A DNA stretch of 64,000 nucleotides. Origin: Pseudonocardiaceae bacterium (GTDB lineage: Bacteria > Actinomycetota > Actinomycetes > Mycobacteriales > Pseudonocardiaceae). The stretch's first letter is position 1. Each line of letters opens with the position of its first letter. The notes beneath the pieces were generated by a model. That model saw only the letters and a list, made by a program, of their open reading frames with translations. It ran no database searches and was not told where the DNA came from. The stretch covers positions 11,945 through 75,944 of the forward strand of contig DASQWR010000240.1 of NCBI GenBank assembly GCA_035640155.1, given 5' to 3'. Below, in pieces: positions 58,985 to 64,000 of this stretch. A program made the position numbers and the translations under genes.

Positions 58985-59004
58985 CCTCCTGTCGTCCCAG
59001 GAGG
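58985..59004 (-). promoter_or_regulatory. Anti-SD/SD hairpin in the 5' leader of the Gfo/Idh/MocA gene
   Basis: mRNA sense CCUCCUG-GGACGA-CAGGAGG-CGCAC-GUG. Perfect 7-bp stem whose 3' arm is the Shine-Dalgarno. Confidence 0.45.
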
Positions 59005-59080
59005 ACATACCTGGTTCAAAGGGCGCTGAAACGGGCAGTTGTGGTCCGGTCACAGACATGGCTCTCGAGAAGGAGCAGGC

Positions 59081-60130
59081 ATGCGATCATCCGCGGCCCA
59101 GGGACGAGATGGCGGGGCCTCGTTGCCCAGCCCGGTGCAGCGCTGGCTCGTGGACCGCAGCACCCGTGCCGCTTCCTGGCCGGTCGAGCGGCTGCTGAGA
59201 GCGAAGGGGGCGACGCGGGTCAGCGTGCTGATCCCGGCCCGCGACGAGGAGGCCACGGTGGGCGCCATCGTCGACGAGATCCGGCGGGAGTTGGTCGAGG
59301 CCGTCCCACTGGTCGACGAGCTGATCGTGATCGACTCACGGTCCCGCGACGCCACCGCCGCGGTGGCCGCGGCCGCCGGGGCGGTCGTGATCGATCAGGA
59401 CGCCGTGCTGCCGCACCTGCCGACCCTGGACGGCAAGGGCGACGCGCTGTGGAAGGGCCTCGTCGCGAGCACCGGCGATCTCGTCGTCTTCGTCGACGCG
59501 GATGTGCACGACTTCACCGCCGCGTTCGTCACCGGCCTGCTCGGCCCGCTGTTGGGCGACCCGGGCACTGCTTTCGTCAAGGGCTTCTACCACCGGCCGC
59601 TGGTCGCACCGGGAAGCGTCGTGCCCGACGGCGGCGGGCGAGTCAGCGAGCTCGTGGCCCGGCCCCTGATCGCCCTGCACTGGCCGGAGCTCGCCGGGTT
59701 CGTCCAGCCGCTGGCCGGGGAGTACGCCGGGCGCCGCTCGGCCCTGGAGCGCATTCCCTTCGTCACCGGCTACGGCGTCGAGTTGGGGATGATGGTCGAT
59801 CTGCTCGAACTGGTGGGCCTCGACGCGATGTGCCAGGTGGACCTCGGCTCCCGCACGCACCGCCACCACGACATCGAGACACTGGGCCGGATGGCCGGTC
59901 AGATCATGCTCACCGCGACCAGCCGGCTGGAGCGGCACGGCCGGGTGGTCGCCACCGGCCCGCCGAACACAGTGCTGGCCCAGTTCCGGCGGGCCGGCCA
60001 CTTCCCGGGCACCGGGGTGGACCGCGAGGTCGTCATCACCGATCTCGCGGTGGGGGAGCGGCCACCGCTCGTCGACCTCCTCGCCGCGGAACCGGCCGTT
60101 GAGCTGCCGGCGGTGCTGGGCCAGCCGTGA
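59081..60130 (+). CDS. gpgS: Glucosyl-3-phosphoglycerate synthase (GT81, Rv1208-like)
   Basis: VSVLIPARDEE, GKGDALW, FVDAD, GGGRVSELVARPL, PLAGEYA, GYGVE. ATG 59081 after AAGGAG. Confidence 0.88.
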   Translation: MRSSAAQGRDGGASLPSPVQRWLVDRSTRAASWPVERLLRAKGATRVSVLIPARDEEATVGAIVDEIRRELVEAVPLVDELIVIDSRSRDATAAVAAAAGAVVIDQDAVLPHLPTLDGKGDALWKGLVASTGDLVVFVDADVHDFTAAFVTGLLGPLLGDPGTAFVKGFYHRPLVAPGSVVPDGGGRVSELVARPLIALHWPELAGFVQPLAGEYAGRRSALERIPFVTGYGVELGMMVDLLELVGLDAMCQVDLGSRTHRHHDIETLGRMAGQIMLTATSRLERHGRVVATGPPNTVLAQFRRAGHFPGTGVDREVVITDLAVGERPPLVDLLAAEPAVELPAVLGQP

Positions 60131-61302
60131 TCCGCACGGTGCTGGTCAACGCCGGGCCGTGGCTCCCGGTGCCACCGCTGGGGTACGGCGGAATCGAGAA
60201 CGTCGTCGCCGCCCTGATCTCGGAGCTCCGCAGCCGAGGGGTGCGGGTCGTGCTGGCCACGGTGGGCACCAGCACCATCCCCGTGGACGAACAGATCAGC
60301 GTGTTCCCCGAGCCACAATTCGCCCGCCTGGGCGAGCCCTACAACGGGGTGATGGGTGTCGCGGCGGCGCACCTGCAGCGCGTGGTGGACGAGCTTCGGC
60401 ACCGCACCGATGTGGACCTCGTTCACGACCACCTCGAAGCCCTCGGCCCGACCGTGCTCGCGGCCGCTTCCCCCGCTGTTCCTCCGGTCCTGCACACGCT
60501 GCACTGGGACCTGCACAAGCACCCCGAGCTCTATGGCGCGTTCGACGGCGCCGGCCGGGTCTTCGTCAACGGCGTCTCGGCGTCCCAGCTCGCCCGAGCC
60601 CCGGCGGCGCTGCGGGCGCACAGCGTCGGACACGTGCACCTGGCGACACCGCTCGCGCAAGGCGCCGCCCACCGGCCGCAGCCCGCCAAGGGTGACCACG
60701 CAGTCGTGCTGGCCCGCATCACCCCGGGCAAGGGACAGCACATCGCGGCCCGGCTCGCGCACACGCTGGGCGTCCGGCTGGTGCTGGCCGGCCCCGTCGG
60801 CCCGTACGCCGGCCCGGCGGACCTGGCCCGCGCGTTGGCCACGGACCCGGGGGCGCCCCAGCACCCCGATGTCCGCTACTGGTGCGACCAGGTCGTCCCC
60901 CTGGTGGACGGACACCAGGTGCGCTGGATCGGCACCGTGCACGGGACCGTTCGGGACGAGCTGGTGGCCACCGCGCGAGCGATGCTGTGCCCCGTGCTGT
61001 GGGCGGAGCCGGGAGGGACCGGCATCATCGAAGCGCTGTCCCTCGGCACACCGGTGGTCGGGTTCCGGCGCGGCTGCCTGCCCGAGCTCGTCGAAGACGG
61101 CACCGGGCTGCTCACCGACCCGGACGACGAGGATGCGCTGGCCGGGAACCTGCAGCGGGTGGGAACGCTCGACCCGGCCGCGTGCCGGCGGGTGGCGCAG
61201 CGGCGCTTCACGCCCGCGGTGATGGCCGAGGCGTACCTGCGACTCTACGACGACGTGCTCACCGCCGCCGGGGCCTCCGCACTGTTCGCGCCACTGGCCT
61301 GA
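60127..61302 (+). CDS. Glycosyltransferase family 4 (GT-B, glycos_transf_1)
   Basis: N-terminal PPLGYGGIENVV, C-terminal EPGGTGIIEALSLGTPVV. GTGA overlap with gpgS. Confidence 0.85.
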   Translation: MIRTVLVNAGPWLPVPPLGYGGIENVVAALISELRSRGVRVVLATVGTSTIPVDEQISVFPEPQFARLGEPYNGVMGVAAAHLQRVVDELRHRTDVDLVHDHLEALGPTVLAAASPAVPPVLHTLHWDLHKHPELYGAFDGAGRVFVNGVSASQLARAPAALRAHSVGHVHLATPLAQGAAHRPQPAKGDHAVVLARITPGKGQHIAARLAHTLGVRLVLAGPVGPYAGPADLARALATDPGAPQHPDVRYWCDQVVPLVDGHQVRWIGTVHGTVRDELVATARAMLCPVLWAEPGGTGIIEALSLGTPVVGFRRGCLPELVEDGTGLLTDPDDEDALAGNLQRVGTLDPAACRRVAQRRFTPAVMAEAYLRLYDDVLTAAGASALFAPLA

Positions 61303-61442
61303 TCGCGGCTTGTTCGGCTACCCGGTCTAGGTCTTGACAGTTGCTCCAATAGCGGTGTGAGCCGCCCCTGCTCGCCTCGTACCGCTCATCAGGAGCTGCT
61401 CGCGGCACAGGGCTGTTATGTCAACCTGCGGGAGGACTGTGG

Positions 61443-62018
61443 CTATCGCGTCTGCTGGGAGTGGGGTTGATCGTGAACCGCTCTGAGCACGGTCCGCAGG
61501 TCGTCGCGGGCGCGGGCGAGGCGGGAGCGGATGGTGCCGACGGGGCAGTCGCAGATGCCGGCCGCTTCGGCGTAGGACAAGCCGATCACCTGCGTGAGCA
61601 CGAACGCCTCCCGCCGGTCGGGCGCCAGGTCCGCAAGGGCTTGACGCAGCGCGAGGTTCTCTTCGGCGCCGGGCTGTGGCGGCTGTGCTCGCTCGGCGGC
61701 GCGTTGCCAGTTGTCGTCGCAGAGCGCGAGTCGCGGGCGGCTGCGTTGGGAGCGCAGGTGGTCCGCAGCGACCCGGCGGGCGATGGCCAGCAGCCAGGTC
61801 CGCGCGGATGCCTCGGCCCGGTAGCGGGGCAGCGCCGCAAACGCCCGCAGGTAGGTCTCCTGGGCGAGGTCCTCGGCAACGGTGCGGTCGGACAGGTGCA
61901 CCAGAAACCGCCAGACCTGGTGTTGGGTGGCTCGGACGAGCATCCGTGCGGCGGCTGCGTCTCCATCGGCGGCGCGCAGCGCGAAGTGGGTGAGCGCCGC
62001 GTCGTCGTCCACCCGCAT
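61443..62018 (-). CDS. ECF (group 4) RNA polymerase sigma factor
   Basis: Region 2 EDLAQETYLRAF, region 4 LSYAEAAGICDCPVGTIRSRLARAR. ATG 62018 after GGAGGA. Confidence 0.88.
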   Translation of the reverse strand: MRVDDDAALTHFALRAADGDAAAARMLVRATQHQVWRFLVHLSDRTVAEDLAQETYLRAFAALPRYRAEASARTWLLAIARRVAADHLRSQRSRPRLALCDDNWQRAAERAQPPQPGAEENLALRQALADLAPDRREAFVLTQVIGLSYAEAAGICDCPVGTIRSRLARARDDLRTVLRAVHDQPHSQQTR

Positions 62019-62104
62019 CTCCTCCGTCGCCGTCCGGTTCCGTCGCTGTCCGGTGCGGGGCACACCGTAACCGAGCCGTACCCGACCCACGCGCCCGATA
62101 GAGC

Positions 62105-62866
62105 TCAGGCGGCGGGCATGCGGGCTGCCGGGGGTTGGCGGTCGCGGTCGGATGCCGGATCCGCGACGGGATGCCATCCGGTGGTGGCGTGGTCGTCCAC
62201 GGTGGCGTCACGGGCACGGGTGAGGCCGGGAAGGGGGTCGGGTGGTGCGGACTGCAGTCGGCTGAGCGCTCCGGCCAGCAGCACCCCGGCCAGCACGGGC
62301 AGGTGGGAGGCGAGGCGGTCCCACCCTACTTCTCTGGTCAGGACGTCCAGCGCCGAGAGCCCGACGAGGATGACGACAAAGGCGGCGAGCAGTGGCAGCG
62401 GGCCCCGCGCGGTGCGGGGGCGCGCGACGATCCACAGCAGCGCGGCGCCGATGGCGAGGTTGAATGCCGCCGCCTCGTGCCCGAGGTGACCGTCGACGCC
62501 GGGCAGTGCGCCGTGGCTGCGGTCTCCACCACCAGGTGGGGCTGTCGCGGGCAGCAGGCCGAGAAGCCCGATCCCGAGCTGGGCCAGCGCCACGAGAAGC
62601 AGTCCTGCGCGGATCAGTTGCCGCCCCCGGGCGCGGGTCGGGACGCGGTATCCGGCCATGACCGCGTCGAGGAGACCGGGTGGCGCCGAGTCGGCGTCCC
62701 CGGCCGGCCCGAGGGTGGCCCTGCGGTTGATCCGCGCCACGTCGTCGTGCCAGCGTCGGCAGCCGGGGCACGAGCCGAGGTGGCGATCGATCACATCGGG
62801 AGCGAGGGTGGATGGCTCGCCGTCGAGCATCGCGGACAGCGACTCCCGGACGTGGTCACACTGCAC
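62105..62866 (-). CDS. zf-HC2 anti-sigma factor with a polytopic membrane domain
   Basis: H-x3-C-x2-C (HLGSCPGC) in the first 40 aa, then about 4-5 TM helices with a His-rich loop. GTG 62866 after AAGGAG. Confidence 0.8.
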   Translation of the reverse strand: MQCDHVRESLSAMLDGEPSTLAPDVIDRHLGSCPGCRRWHDDVARINRRATLGPAGDADSAPPGLLDAVMAGYRVPTRARGRQLIRAGLLLVALAQLGIGLLGLLPATAPPGGGDRSHGALPGVDGHLGHEAAAFNLAIGAALLWIVARPRTARGPLPLLAAFVVILVGLSALDVLTREVGWDRLASHLPVLAGVLLAGALSRLQSAPPDPLPGLTRARDATVDDHATTGWHPVADPASDRDRQPPAARMPAA

Positions 62867-64000
62867 TGGGTGCTCCTTTCCGGCCGCGGACGAACCGGAC
62901 GGCCTGCTCCAGTATGAGCAGCAGCACGAACGCCACCCCGAGCGTGGGTAGGAGAACCAGCAGCAGCCCGAACCCGATCAGCACGGTGATCGGCGCGCGG
63001 CGCAGCAGCGGACCCACCGGGGACGGGGTGCCGAGCCCACCGGCGGGCCGGCGCAGCCACCACATGCGATACCCGGCCAGCACGAGCACGATCAGCCCGG
63101 CAGCCAGTGCGGTCAGCCCGATCTGGTTGGCGAGCCCGAACAGTTCCCCCTCGTGGAACGCGATGCCCAGAGTGGTGGCCTTCGCGAGCAGCGGGTAGTC
63201 CTCCCAGGTGACCAGGTCGACGACGGTGCCGGTGGCCGGATCGACGGCCGCCGTGGTGGGCTCCACCGGCCAGCGGCTGTCCTGGCGGGCCACGGTCCAC
63301 GCTTCCCCGTCCCTCGCGGCCGGCGTGATCTCGACGGGTCTGCCCAGCCCGGTTCGGGAAGCCGCGGCGGCGACCTGGTCGATGCCCATGGCGGCGACCG
63401 CCGAGCCGTCGGCGCCGTCGTGCCCGGCGTGGTGCTCATGGGTCAAGGCGCCATCGGAGCGCTCCAGGCTGGTGGAGACGGCGGGCGTGGCCGAGTCGAG
63501 CTGCGTTCGAGCGACGTCGATCCACGCGCCCGCATAGGTGGTCCAGCTCAGTCCCGACCCGATCAGCACCAGCAACGGGACGAGCAGCACCATCCCGATG
63601 CTGGAGTGCACCCAGCGCCAACGGCGTCTCCCTTGGCGGTGCAGGCGTGGCCGCAAGGCCTGTTGCAGGCCGCGGCGGGTGCGGGGCCACCACAGGTAGA
63701 CCCCGGTCAGCAGCGAGACGAGCACCCAGCTCGCTGCGAGCTCGGTGACCGGTTCGGCGGCCGGGCCAAGGCGCCAGCTGGAGTGCAGCGACCGGAGCCA
63801 CTCACCCGGTCGCTTCGCCTCCTCGATCTGCCCGGTCACCCGGGTGGACGCGGGGTCGACGTAGACGGTGACCGCGCCCGGCGCGGGACCGAACTCCGCG
63901 CCGGGCGCACCCGGCGGGTTCAAGGTGACCCCGGTGGTCTGCTCGCCACCCTCGGCGGCGGGCACGACGGTGGTGACGGCCCACCCGGGATGGGTTCCGC
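62856..64000 (-). CDS. PepSY-associated TM-helix (PiuB-like) membrane protein; 5' end outside the window
   Basis: PepSY_TM signatures (LHSSWRLG, YLWWPR, IAFHEGELFG, MWWLRRP). The frame stays open to position 64000. Confidence 0.8.
   Translation of the reverse strand, partial: GTHPGWAVTTVVPAAEGGEQTTGVTLNPPGAPGAEFGPAPGAVTVYVDPASTRVTGQIEEAKRPGEWLRSLHSSWRLGPAAEPVTELAASWVLVSLLTGVYLWWPRTRRGLQQALRPRLHRQGRRRWRWVHSSIGMVLLVPLLVLIGSGLSWTTYAGAWIDVARTQLDSATPAVSTSLERSDGALTHEHHAGHDGADGSAVAAMGIDQVAAAASRTGLGRPVEITPAARDGEAWTVARQDSRWPVEPTTAAVDPATGTVVDLVTWEDYPLLAKATTLGIAFHEGELFGLANQIGLTALAAGLIVLVLAGYRMWWLRRPAGGLGTPSPVGPLLRRAPITVLIGFGLLLVLLPTLGVAFVLLLILEQAVRFVRGRKGAPSAV

Noticed and set aside
61327-61392. 21-codon ORF (MSGTRRAGAAHTAIGATVKT) and a TTGACA hexamer in the GT4 / ECF-sigma convergent spacer
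   Set aside because: It has no SD, no matching -10 at the proper spacing and no conservation evidence. It is most likely chance.
1-64000. Search for tRNA, rRNA, tmRNA and intact IS/transposase genes
   Set aside because: I found no T-loop-like GGTTCGAATCC-type sequences in a cloverleaf context, no rRNA-like low-GC blocks and no DDE/transposase motifs in any frame. The only mobile-element traces are the two inteins and the integrase stub.

Overview
High-GC actinobacterial chromosome. I cannot assign a genus from sequence alone. Gene order matches, in reverse, the conserved core block known from Mycobacterium tuberculosis (from memory, roughly Rv2733c miaB down to Rv2681 RNase D): miaB, DUF349, miaA, dapF, hflX, lexA / LysM (ChiZ-like), nrdR, PAC2, ideR, sigB, DUF3099, DUF3039, yihY, sigA, ppgK, suhB, cei, DUF4193, DUF3093, dut, DUF3710, OB-fold, DUF3159, trkA x2, APC permease, dxs, rnd. 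I support about 62 protein-coding genes. Many long ORFs in the track are antisense or out-of-frame shadows typical of about 70% GC DNA. No rRNA, tRNA, CRISPR array or intact transposase was recognised. Things that stand out from the core: (1) nrdR-nrdJ, where the class II ribonucleotide reductase carries two LAGLIDADG-type inteins. (2) A lexA / LysM divergent region with one perfect and one near-perfect SOS box plus a RecA-NDp-like motif. (3) A three-gene insertion (glutamine-synthetase-like, phytochelatin-synthase-like Cys/His/Asp protein, cysteine-desulfurase-like PLP enzyme) flanked by a truncated GNAT-toxin remnant. This is my best candidate for an uncharacterised system, possibly a gamma-glutamyl/thiol pathway. 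(4) A 1.5 kb block next to sigA with no intact gene: vapB with a nonsense codon, a decayed vapC, a frameshifted XRE/TPR regulator and an integrase stub. (5) A divergent oxidoreductase / gpgS + GT4 sugar locus with an SD-sequestering hairpin. (6) A PepSY - anti-sigma - ECF sigma operon in inverted order. (7) Several perfect short tandem duplications. Start codons are often GTG or TTG (the track prints them as M). 4-nt ATGA/GTGA stop-start overlaps are frequent. All family assignments come from motif recognition by eye. No database search was run.
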